Origin: Cupriavidus necator
GTDB taxonomy: Bacteria; Pseudomonadota; Gammaproteobacteria; Burkholderiales; Burkholderiaceae
Direction: 5' to 3'
Length of the DNA: 32,000 bases
NCBI RefSeq assembly: GCF_016127575.1
Contig: NZ_CP066018.1
Location: 120,001 to 152,000, forward strand
The notes beneath the pieces were generated by a model. The model saw only the letters and a program-made list of their open reading frames with translations. It had not been told where the DNA came from and did not search any database. Of this stretch, positions 10,343 to 18,106 are shown piece after piece (position 1 is the first letter of the stretch; every line of letters begins with the position of its first letter). Position numbers and translations under genes: made by a program.

Positions 10343-11716
10343 ATGACACATACTGACTCGCGCGGTGTTTCGGTCTCGAGCACCAACACCAACTCGCTGG
10401 AGCGCTTCGAAGCCGCCCTGGAATTGCTGCATGGCTACTATGGCGACCCGCTTACGGTGATCGACCATGCCCTGGCCGACGATCCGGGCTTCGTGATGGG
10501 CCATGCCATGCGCGCGGGGATGATGATCACGGCTGGCGATGGCACCGTGGAGCCGATGCTCAGGCAGAGCGTCGAGGCAGGCGAAGCGCTGTCCACCAGC
10601 GCCAACGAGCGCGAGCGCCGGCATATCGCGGCGGCACGCGCCTGGCTGGATGGCCACTTCGCGCGCTCGATCCAGCTGTACGGCGACATCGTGGTCGACT
10701 ATCCGCGCGACAGCCTGGCGCTGCAGATCGCCCATATCGGGGATTTCCTGCTCGGGCAGTCCACCCTGCTGCGCGACCGCATCGCCCAGGTGCTGCCCCA
10801 CTGGACTACGCGCGTACCCGGCTTCGGCTACGTCCTGGGCATGCATGCGTTCGGCCTGGAGGAAACGAACTTGTACGAGCAAGCGGAGGAACGCGGCCGC
10901 TTCGCCCTGGAACTGAACCCGCGCGATCCCTGGGCCATTCATGCGGTCGCCCACGTGATGGAAATGCAGGGCCGCCAGGATGAAGGCATCGACTGGCTGA
11001 GCGGGCGCGCCGCCGACTGGTCGCAGGACAATATGATGGCCGTGCACAACTGGTGGCACCTGGCGCTGTTCCATCTCGAACTCGGCCATACCAGGCAGGT
11101 GCTGGACATCTACGACGCGCATATCCGCGAGAACCACTCCGCGGTGGCGCTGGAGCTGATCGATGCCTGCGCCATGCTGTGGCGCCTGCACCTGCGCGGC
11201 ATCGACGTGGGCGAGCGCTGGAACGAAGTCGCCGACACCTGGCAGGCACGCGGCGCCGAAGGCTACTACGCCTTCAACGATACCCATGCCGCCATGTCCT
11301 ATCTCTGCGCCGGGCGCGACAGCGCCCTGGCCGGCCTGCTTGCCGGCATGCGCGCTGCGGCAGGTGGCAGTGGCTCCAACGCGATGATCACCCGCGAGGT
11401 CGGCCTGCCGGTGACCGAGGCCCTGCTCTCCTTCTCGCGGCAAGACTACGACCACGCCATCGAGCTGCTGCTGCCGGTGCGCCAGATCGCGCATCGGTTC
11501 GGCGGCAGCCATGCCCAGCGCGATCTCATCAACCTGACGCTGATCGAGGCGGCGTTGCGAGGCCAACGCGCCAACCTGGCCTGCGCGCTGGCGGCCGAGC
11601 GCATGGAACTCAAGCCGATGAACCCCAGCCTGAGCAAGCTGGTGCAGCGCGCTTCAGCGCTCCAGCGCGAAGCGGCGGACGGCCAGGGGGAGGCAGTCGC
11701 GGCGAAGGTGGCGTAG
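10343..11716 (+). CDS. TTC38-like tetratricopeptide-repeat protein
   Basis: 457 aa; GGAAGGA 7 nt upstream of the ATG. Motifs DPWAIHAVAHVMEMQGR, HNWWHLALFHLELG and GSHAQRDL match my recollection of the TTC38 family. Confidence 0.8.
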   Translation: MTHTDSRGVSVSSTNTNSLERFEAALELLHGYYGDPLTVIDHALADDPGFVMGHAMRAGMMITAGDGTVEPMLRQSVEAGEALSTSANERERRHIAAARAWLDGHFARSIQLYGDIVVDYPRDSLALQIAHIGDFLLGQSTLLRDRIAQVLPHWTTRVPGFGYVLGMHAFGLEETNLYEQAEERGRFALELNPRDPWAIHAVAHVMEMQGRQDEGIDWLSGRAADWSQDNMMAVHNWWHLALFHLELGHTRQVLDIYDAHIRENHSAVALELIDACAMLWRLHLRGIDVGERWNEVADTWQARGAEGYYAFNDTHAAMSYLCAGRDSALAGLLAGMRAAAGGSGSNAMITREVGLPVTEALLSFSRQDYDHAIELLLPVRQIAHRFGGSHAQRDLINLTLIEAALRGQRANLACALAAERMELKPMNPSLSKLVQRASALQREAADGQGEAVAAKVA

Positions 11717-11839
11717 CGGAAACCCGACAGGTCGATATCGCCGTCAAGGTGCAGGTCGCCGTCCGGCGTGGCGCTGACGATCTCGACTCCGGGGCGCAGA
11801 TGACGCCCAGCTGGCCGCACTCGGTCTGGGTGAAGCCCG

Positions 11840-12496
11840 CTAGGCAAGCGTGATCGGCGCGTACTTGAGCGGCACGGTGTCGCCGGCATTGCCCAGGCGC
11901 GTGACCTCTTCGTTGTCCTTGAAGTCCACGCCCAGGCTCAGCGTATGCCACCATGCCCCGGTGTCCGGCACGGTATAGGTGCCGCGCAGGCCGACGGCGT
12001 GGCCCTTGCCCAGCACGCTGGTGCCGTTCACCGTGGCCACGTTGCTGTCGGAAAGATAGCCCGACGCCTCCACGCTCCAGTTGCTGCCGCGGATCGGCGC
12101 CACATAGGAGCCGGACCACACCTGGGTCTGGTTCAAATCCTGTGGCGTGCCGAAGAAGCTCACTGAGGCGCTATGGCCCAGCTGCCAGAGGTTGTCGTGG
12201 CCCAGCGAGGCGAAGGCGCGCAGCTCCTTCGTATCGGCGCTGTAGTCGTTGTTCAGGCCAACGCTGGCGCGCCACGGACTGCTGTCGTCGACCTTCAGGT
12301 CGACGACCATGGTGCCCGGCATCGCGCCCTGCCACACCAGCGCCACCACCTGGCGCTTGGCACTACGGTTCAACGCAGTCAGCTCTGTCTGCGCCTGCGT
12401 GAAATCAGGCACCACGCCTTCCGCCAGCGCCGGCACCTGCTCGCGCACCTCCCGCGGCGAGTTGTACTCGGCACCGACCACGCGCACGCGGCCCAC
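11840..12496 (-). pseudogene. Fragment of a ShlB/FhaC/HecB-family two-partner-secretion transporter (TpsB): POTRA plus first barrel strands only
   Basis: 218 aa versus roughly 550-600 aa expected. No signal peptide or first POTRA upstream. The ORF stops after ...PLKYAPITLA and no frame downstream continues barrel-like sequence. No TpsA partner nearby. Confidence 0.6.
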
Positions 12497-12835
12497 GCGG
12501 GGTCATGCATTGGATTGACTCAAGCTTCTTGTTCGAATCGATTGCCGCCGCGCCCCTGCCGCAACGCCCTGACCAAGGGCACGGCAGGCGCGCATCCGAT
12601 CGCAGGACATGATGGCGTGCCCTCATGTCAGCATTGCGCACGGTGCCTAGACGGACGGCACTGGCGCCGCCTGTCGTTTGTCACAAAAGATTCATCGAGG
12701 ACGAAGGAGGGAGGCGTGGGGACAGAGTCAACGGCAAATCCCTGCGCGAGGATGGTCCCCGCGAGCGCAGCCTGCTGGCTATACTGCAGCGGCTTCGCCG
12801 GCGTCCTGCCTGGCGGCCAACGAAGGAGGTATCGG

Positions 12836-13189
12836 ATGCGGACCTGGCTGACGCTATGCGCCGTTGCGGCGCTTGGACTGGTCGACATGGTACCCGCCGC
12901 CGCTGCGGGACCCGCGCCCTGCGTCGAGGTCGAGGTCAACGGCGAGCGCGCGCCTTCGTTCCCGTGCCTGACGCAGAAGCTGCAACCTGCCAACGCAGGC
13001 AGGCCGGCACGGCCTGACAGCGGACTGGCGGCCGAGGCGATCGCGCAGCGGCCCTCGAACCAGCTCGGCCTTTATAACGAGGCGGCCACCAGCCATCGCA
13101 TGGGCAACACCTTCGGCACGTCGGTGTATCCGCAGCGCCCGGCCAGTCCGGCGCCGGGGGCGCCGGTCATTCCGCGCGCGCAGCCTTGA
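12836..13189 (+). CDS. Hypothetical small exported protein
   Basis: AAGGAGG at 12823-12829, then ATG 12836. N-terminal signal-like MRTWLTLCAVAALGLV...AAAA. The long ORF-track version (from 12173) is antisense to the TpsB fragment and was not accepted. Confidence 0.55.
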   Translation: MRTWLTLCAVAALGLVDMVPAAAAGPAPCVEVEVNGERAPSFPCLTQKLQPANAGRPARPDSGLAAEAIAQRPSNQLGLYNEAATSHRMGNTFGTSVYPQRPASPAPGAPVIPRAQP

Positions 13190-13220
13190 CTGGTAGGCGG
13201 CAACGGCGGCGCAGCGCGCC

Positions 13221-13589
13221 TCAGCGGCCCATGCGCGCGTCGTAGCTGCGCGAGATGCGCTCCAGCAGACGCGGATCCGACGGGTCGGTGCCGTCGAACT
13301 GCACCCGCACCGTGCCGTCGGCCTGGCGGCGCACGCTGGCCCTCACCGGCAGGTTGTTGCGGGTTCCTTCCACCGTGCCGGCCACGGCATCCTCGGTGCT
13401 GATCGCCACGCCCTGGTCGCGCATGGCGCCGGCGGCCGCGGCAAAGGCGCGGTCGTAACGGCTGGGCTGCAGCCCCGGGTAGGTGGTCGGGACCACCTCG
13501 GCAGGGTAAGGGTAGGGATAGCATGCCGTCAGCACCGGCATTGCGGCGAACACGGCGACGCCCGCCAGGAGCCCGAGCCCATGCTTCAT
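13221..13589 (-). CDS. Lipoprotein, function unknown (third gene of the DUF3300 operon)
   Basis: Lipobox VLTAC after a hydrophobic leader. The ATG overlaps the upstream stop (ATGA at 13586-13589). Confidence 0.75.
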   Translation of the reverse strand: MKHGLGLLAGVAVFAAMPVLTACYPYPYPAEVVPTTYPGLQPSRYDRAFAAAAGAMRDQGVAISTEDAVAGTVEGTRNNLPVRASVRRQADGTVRVQFDGTDPSDPRLLERISRSYDARMGR

Positions 13590-14503
13590 GGCGTCACCTT
13601 GCTCCAGCCAGGGCCGGGATCGAAGGTCTTGGTCGCCGCGGCCTTGCCGGCGCTGTCGGGCCCCAGGTCGCGCTCATAGACCTGGCCATCGTGGCTGACC
13701 ATGAAGCTCTTCACGCCGGTATCGCCATACCGCACCGGCCAGGCCAGCACGGCGAAGCCGCCGAACAGCTTGCCATTGACGACATAGTTGTACGCGCCGC
13801 CGGGTGCGTTGGGGCCCTGCGCGGTCAGCAGCTTGTAGTGATAGCCGTAGTAGCCGCCCTGCCCGGGATTGCGCTGGCCGGCCGTGAGGAACGCGGCCCC
13901 GAGCGGGCTGGGCGGTGCGCCATCCGATGTCGGCCAGTACAGCCCGTCCTGCTTGCCCGGCGTACTCGCAAGCTTGCCCGCGTAGGCCAGCAGGCCGTCG
14001 CCGTCATGGTCGGTCCGGGCGTATTCGCGCTGGGCGTCATAGACCGCGAGCATGGCCTGGATCACCGCGAGTTCATTGCGGCCGATGCGGCGTATGCGCA
14101 TCTCGTCGACCCCGGCACGCGTATCGAACTGCCAGCCCTTCGATGTCTTCACCAGCGGCACTGGCAGGGTCCAGCCGTCATTGCCTACGGCGATGCGGGC
14201 ATGGCTGTCGCCCTCTGGCTTGACCGCATGCGAGATCCGCCAGGCCTCGAGAAAGCGGTATCGGATGTCGGCGCCGACTGGCGGGATCAGGTCGTGGAAC
14301 CTGGCGCCCAGCAGCACCTTCATGGCATCGTCGTCGCTGGTGGCGACCGCCTCGCCAAAGGCGTTCATGGCGGCCTCGGGGGTTTTGAAGGGCTTCTGCG
14401 CGTGCGCGGCGTGCATGCCGGCAACGGTCAGCGCGAGCGCAAGCGCCAGCGCGCAGGCCAGGCGGCCAGGCAGGGATCGGGCAAGGCTTAGTGGTGACGT
14501 CAT
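13586..14503 (-). CDS. DUF2950-family secreted protein
   Basis: Signal peptide ending AHAQ. C-terminal YYGYHYKLLTAQGPNAPGGAYNYVVNGKLFGGFAVLAWPVRYGDTGVKSFMVSHDGQVYERDLG matches the remembered DUF2950 signature. Confidence 0.8.
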   Translation of the reverse strand: MTSPLSLARSLPGRLACALALALALTVAGMHAAHAQKPFKTPEAAMNAFGEAVATSDDDAMKVLLGARFHDLIPPVGADIRYRFLEAWRISHAVKPEGDSHARIAVGNDGWTLPVPLVKTSKGWQFDTRAGVDEMRIRRIGRNELAVIQAMLAVYDAQREYARTDHDGDGLLAYAGKLASTPGKQDGLYWPTSDGAPPSPLGAAFLTAGQRNPGQGGYYGYHYKLLTAQGPNAPGGAYNYVVNGKLFGGFAVLAWPVRYGDTGVKSFMVSHDGQVYERDLGPDSAGKAAATKTFDPGPGWSKVTP

Positions 14504-14523
14504 GATCGAGGCTCCCTGGTCCG

Positions 14524-15945
14524 CTAGCGCCTGCCACCGCGTCCGCCACCGCCACGGCCCCCGCCGCCGAAGCCGCCGCCACCACGGCCCCCGCCGCCGC
14601 TGAAGCCGCCGCCTGCGCGGCCTCCGGCCGACTGCATGCTGGAGCGTCCGCGATCAAAGTCGCGCTGCGACGCCGCGCCGCCGCCCACGCCCTGGAAGGC
14701 GTTGTCCCGCCCGCCACCGCCGCCGCGGTCGGCTACGGTGGTGGCCCGTTCACCGGCGCCCCGCGACCGGTCGGCGGTCCCCGCGCGGTCCGATGCACCG
14801 GCCCGGTCAGATACGCCGCCTCGATCGGAAACTCCGGCCCGGTCAGAGACCCCGGCCCGATCACCACCCCGTTCGCCAGCGCGATCACCGACCCGGTCTC
14901 CCGCCCGATCACCCGCCCGGTCTCCGGCCCGATCCCCGGCACCCGGCCGCTCCTGCCCGCCTGCCCGGTCGCGCACCGCGCGGTCGGACACGCCGGCACC
15001 GCCCTCGCGACCGCGGAACTCATTGCGCCGGTCCCCGCCTGGCACATCGCGCGAGAATTTCTCGCGGGTGGCGTTGTCGCGGTAGGCCACGCCCTGGCGG
15101 TGACTGGCGTCATGCTGCCAGCGCCCGCCCGCCTGTACCTTGGTGCGGTCAAAGTTGCGGTCGATATTGGTGGCCCGGTTGACATTGATGTTCACGTCGC
15201 CGCCGCCCCAGTTGCAGTTGCCGAAGATCGCCCCGGCGGCGGCCAGCCCGATGCCCCAGGCAAAGCCCGTGGCCAGCGCGGCGCCCGGGTAGTAGGCGGG
15301 ATAAGGCGGCCAGTAGTACGGCGGGTAGGACGGATAACCCCAGGAGCCGTAGACCACGGTGGGGTTGTAGGCCGGGACGTAGATGACCTGCGGGTCGGCC
15401 GGTTCGATGCGCACCACGGTCTGCACGCCTGGCGCCGCCGTGGTCGCGGGCTCGACAATGACCTTCTGCTGTTCGGTGGTCTTGAGGTTGCCGGATTGCT
15501 GGGCCTTGTTGCGCAGCCGCTGGACCGCGGCCAGCACGTCTTTCTCCTGGGCCAGGAAGGCATCGCCCAGCTTCTGCGTCCAGTCGAGCTTGTCGTTCAT
15601 CGGCTCAAGCACCTGCGGGAAGGCCACCAGCGACTTCACGCTGACATCCCAGGGCTGGTCGGCCACGGCCTTGACCGCGGCGTCGCCCTTGACCTTGGGA
15701 TTGGCCTTGACCCAGCGCGCCGCGTGCACGATCTCCAGCGGATAGGTGGAGGCCATCAGCACCTGCGACAACACGGAATCGGGATAGAGCGCGATCGGCG
15801 CGACCAGCGCCTCAAGCTCCTCGGGCTTGAAGGTGGGTGGCGGGTTCTGTAAGTCTTGGGCAGCGGCGCCGCCCGCTCCCGCCACCAGCGCGACAAACAG
15901 CCATGCGCAGCCGGACCTGAGCAGCCGCCTGACCAGAAAGGCCAT
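14524..15945 (-). CDS. DUF3300-family envelope protein with C-terminal Gly/Arg/Asp repeat tail
   Basis: ATG 15945 preceded by GAGGAGGG. Signal peptide MAFLVRRLL...GGAAAQ. Conserved LVAPIALYPDSVLSQVLMASTYPLEIV block. Pro/Tyr-rich stretch, Gly-zipper hydrophobic segment (aa 221-241), then ~190 aa of low complexity. Confidence 0.85.
   Translation of the reverse strand: MAFLVRRLLRSGCAWLFVALVAGAGGAAAQDLQNPPPTFKPEELEALVAPIALYPDSVLSQVLMASTYPLEIVHAARWVKANPKVKGDAAVKAVADQPWDVSVKSLVAFPQVLEPMNDKLDWTQKLGDAFLAQEKDVLAAVQRLRNKAQQSGNLKTTEQQKVIVEPATTAAPGVQTVVRIEPADPQVIYVPAYNPTVVYGSWGYPSYPPYYWPPYPAYYPGAALATGFAWGIGLAAAGAIFGNCNWGGGDVNINVNRATNIDRNFDRTKVQAGGRWQHDASHRQGVAYRDNATREKFSRDVPGGDRRNEFRGREGGAGVSDRAVRDRAGGQERPGAGDRAGDRAGDRAGDRVGDRAGERGGDRAGVSDRAGVSDRGGVSDRAGASDRAGTADRSRGAGERATTVADRGGGGGRDNAFQGVGGGAASQRDFDRGRSSMQSAGGRAGGGFSGGGGRGGGGFGGGGRGGGGRGGRR
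14527..14625 (-). repeat. Gly/Arg (RGG-like) coding microsatellite at the extreme C-terminus
   Basis: Encodes GGRAGGGFSGGGGRGGGGFGGGGRGGGGRGGRR. The plus strand shows reiterated gccgcc/ccgccaccacg units. Confidence 0.8.
14761..14997 (-). repeat. In-frame tandem 12- and 15-nt repeats encoding (GDRA)n and (GVSDR)n
   Basis: Encodes GDRAGDRAGDRAGDRVGDRAGERGGDRAGVSDRAGVSDRGGVSDRAGASDRAGTADR (aa ~317-395 of the DUF3300 protein). Confidence 0.8.
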
Positions 15946-16285
15946 GTTCCCTCCTCGCAGCCGGTGACGGAGCCATCCGAGGCGTACTGGGGCAGCGCGC
16001 CGGGCTGGAGGATGTTCTCCTGCCGCGCGCCATTGCCAGCCGGCATACAGAGCGGATATTGCTCCATACGCGCTACGAAGGTAGTACGGAAGACATTGAA
16101 ATTCAACCGAATTCCGGTCGCCGCCCGGCAAGGGTTGCGACAGGAAAACGGATCGGCATGAGGATTTCCCCCGATTTTGTTCCTATCGTAGAAACGAGCC
16201 GCCAGCGCGCATGCAAGCGGTACCCCCAGGTTTGAAGGTGCATGACCGGACCCTCAAGGCACCGGTACGTCAGTGGAGGAAGATC

Positions 16286-17170
16286 ATGGCCAAGCGAAAA
16301 GGGAAGCGCCACGGCGGCAACGGGAGCCAGGCGGAGCCGCCGCGCGAACCAGGCCCGGCTGACAGCCTCGACGAAAAGCCGGACCAGCAGCAGCGCGAGC
16401 GCATGTCGGAGAAGGAATACCAGAAGGCGCTCTTCACCCTTCATGTCGAGCTGGTCAAGCTGCAGCAATGGGTGCAGGCCAGCGGCAGCAAGGTCTGCGT
16501 GGTGTTCGAAGGGCGCGACGGTGCCGGCAAGGGCGGCGCTATCAAGGCCATCACGGAACGCGTCAGCCCGCGCATTTTCCGCGTGGTCGCCCTGCCCGCG
16601 CCGACCGACCGCGAAAAGAGCCAGATGTACGTGCAGCGCTACCTGCCGCACCTGCCCGCCGCGGGAGAGATCGTCATCTTCGACCGGAGCTGGTACAACC
16701 GCGCCGGCGTCGAACGCGTGATGGGATTCTGCACCGAAGCGCAGGCCGACGAGTTTCTGCGCGCCGTCCCGCTGGTCGAACGCGCCATCGTGCATTCCGG
16801 CATCATCCTGATCAAGTACTGGCTCGAGGTCAGCCCGGAGGAGCAGACCCGCCGCCTGCAGGGACGCATCAAGGACGGCCGCAAGGTCTGGAAGCTCACT
16901 GACATGGACTTGCGCTCGTACAGCCGCTGGTACGACTATTCACGCGCGCGCGACGCCATGTTTGCCGCATCCGATACCGACTATGCCCCATGGCATGTGG
17001 CCAATTCCAATGACAAGCGCCGGGCGCGCCTGAACATCATCACGCACCTGCTGGCACAGATCCCGTACCAGGCGATCGAACGCAAGCCGGTCAAGCTGCC
17101 TGCCAGGCAGAAGGCGGGCGGATACCGGGAGCCCGACTATCCCTATCGGTACGTCGAAGACCGGTACTAG
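16286..17170 (+). CDS. ppk2: Polyphosphate kinase 2 (PPK2)
   Basis: GGAGGA 5 nt upstream of ATG 16286. Walker A-like FEGRDGAGKGG, plus YVQRYLPHLPAAGEIVIFDRSWYNRAGVERVMGF. Confidence 0.92.
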   Translation: MAKRKGKRHGGNGSQAEPPREPGPADSLDEKPDQQQRERMSEKEYQKALFTLHVELVKLQQWVQASGSKVCVVFEGRDGAGKGGAIKAITERVSPRIFRVVALPAPTDREKSQMYVQRYLPHLPAAGEIVIFDRSWYNRAGVERVMGFCTEAQADEFLRAVPLVERAIVHSGIILIKYWLEVSPEEQTRRLQGRIKDGRKVWKLTDMDLRSYSRWYDYSRARDAMFAASDTDYAPWHVANSNDKRRARLNIITHLLAQIPYQAIERKPVKLPARQKAGGYREPDYPYRYVEDRY

Positions 17171-17572
17171 CTACTTCGGCAGCTTGCGCGACCTCCAGTT
17201 GCCGTCCTTCTCCTTGCAGTACCACCCGGTCCAGGCTTCGGTTTCGCCGGCCCGGCGGAATTCACTGCGCAGTTGCCGGCAGCGGTCGCCGTGGTCGCGC
17301 CGGGACTGCAATGGCGTGAAGGAACCTTCGACCTGCCGCTCGCGCGTGTCGGGCGGCAGCCTGAACGTCATGCGGGCGCCGTCGGCGCCCTGCTCCAGGG
17401 TCCTGCGGAAGACAGCCGTCAACGCCGTGAGCTGGTCCTGGGTAAGCGTGCCGACGATGGTGCCGCCCAGGTAGTGGTCAAAATAGGCAACGGCCGGCCC
17501 CGCCGACATTGCACCCGCCAGCATTGCGGCACTGCATGCCAGCGCGTGCAGGATCGTGTATCGCCTGTTCAT
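17171..17572 (-). CDS. Small exported surface-antigen-like protein (RT0821/Lpp0805-type)
   Basis: GGAGGAGG upstream of ATG 17572 (MNRRYTILHALACSAAMLAGA...). C-terminal CRQLRSEF...GWYCKEKDGNW pattern. Its stop directly abuts the ppk2 stop. Confidence 0.65.
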   Translation of the reverse strand: MNRRYTILHALACSAAMLAGAMSAGPAVAYFDHYLGGTIVGTLTQDQLTALTAVFRRTLEQGADGARMTFRLPPDTRERQVEGSFTPLQSRRDHGDRCRQLRSEFRRAGETEAWTGWYCKEKDGNWRSRKLPK

Positions 17573-17655
17573 CTTGCCTCCTCCGCCATGGCACGCCCCC
17601 AATCGGGCAAGCGCGGAAGCACCGGACCCACATGCCCGCCAGCCGCGGCAGCGGC

Positions 17656-17910
17656 CTATTCGAAGCGCTCGGTCAGCACCATCGCGTCCACCTTGCGCTG
17701 CTTCCAGAACAGGTGGTTGATGCGCGGCTGCAGCAGCCGCAGCGCGGCCCCATCGACCGAATTGAAATGCAGCGACACCGCCGGGCGGGTGCCGTCTCCC
17801 GGAACGCGCTCGATCTCATCGCAGGCCGGGAAGCCGTAACGACCGATGAACTCCTGGATTTCCTCGTCGGTTGTCGCCGTATCGATATTCACAAGCATCA
17901 GCACACTCAT
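17656..17910 (-). CDS. 84-aa RRM-like putative RNA-binding protein
   Basis: AGGAGA 6 nt upstream of ATG 17910. RNP2-like LMLVNI and RNP1-like RPAVSLHF. The ORF-track upstream extension to 18273 is Arg/Ala/Gly-rich filler. Confidence 0.55.
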   Translation of the reverse strand: MSVLMLVNIDTATTDEEIQEFIGRYGFPACDEIERVPGDGTRPAVSLHFNSVDGAALRLLQPRINHLFWKQRKVDAMVLTERFE

Positions 17911-18106
17911 TGACGTCTCCTGAAGGCTCGGGATGCCAGACAGCCCGGTTCCGATGCGGCCCTTGAATCCGCGGGCCCATCTCCCCTTCCTATCTTTAAG
18001 CCAGGCCGGATCGGAAGGCAAACTTTGATTCCCGATAAGGAGTCCAGGGCAGATTCCGCCACCTGCGGCGGCTTCGATCCGGCTGGCGCCGGACCGTGCG
18101 CCGACA

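Noticed and set aside
12500-12560. GTTCGAATC motif reminiscent of a tRNA T-loop
   Set aside because: On either strand I could not build the flanking T-stem, anticodon arm or acceptor stem. It is an isolated motif only.
12173-12835. The first two-thirds of the 338-aa plus-strand ORF 12173-13189
   Set aside because: It is antisense to the TpsB fragment and then crosses non-coding DNA. Only the last 117 codons have an SD (AAGGAGG) plus a signal-peptide-like start.
13190-13220. Possible bidirectional terminator between the converging exported-protein and lipoprotein genes
   Set aside because: It is GC-rich, but the arms (GCGCGCAGCC / GGCGCAGCGCGCC) do not pair cleanly and there is no T/A tract on either side.
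14761-14997. Short tandem repeats that could be mistaken for a CRISPR-like or other non-coding array
   Set aside because: The period is 12-15 nt with no spacers. The repeats stay in frame inside a CDS and translate to GDRA/GVSDR units, so this is a coding microsatellite and not a CRISPR array.
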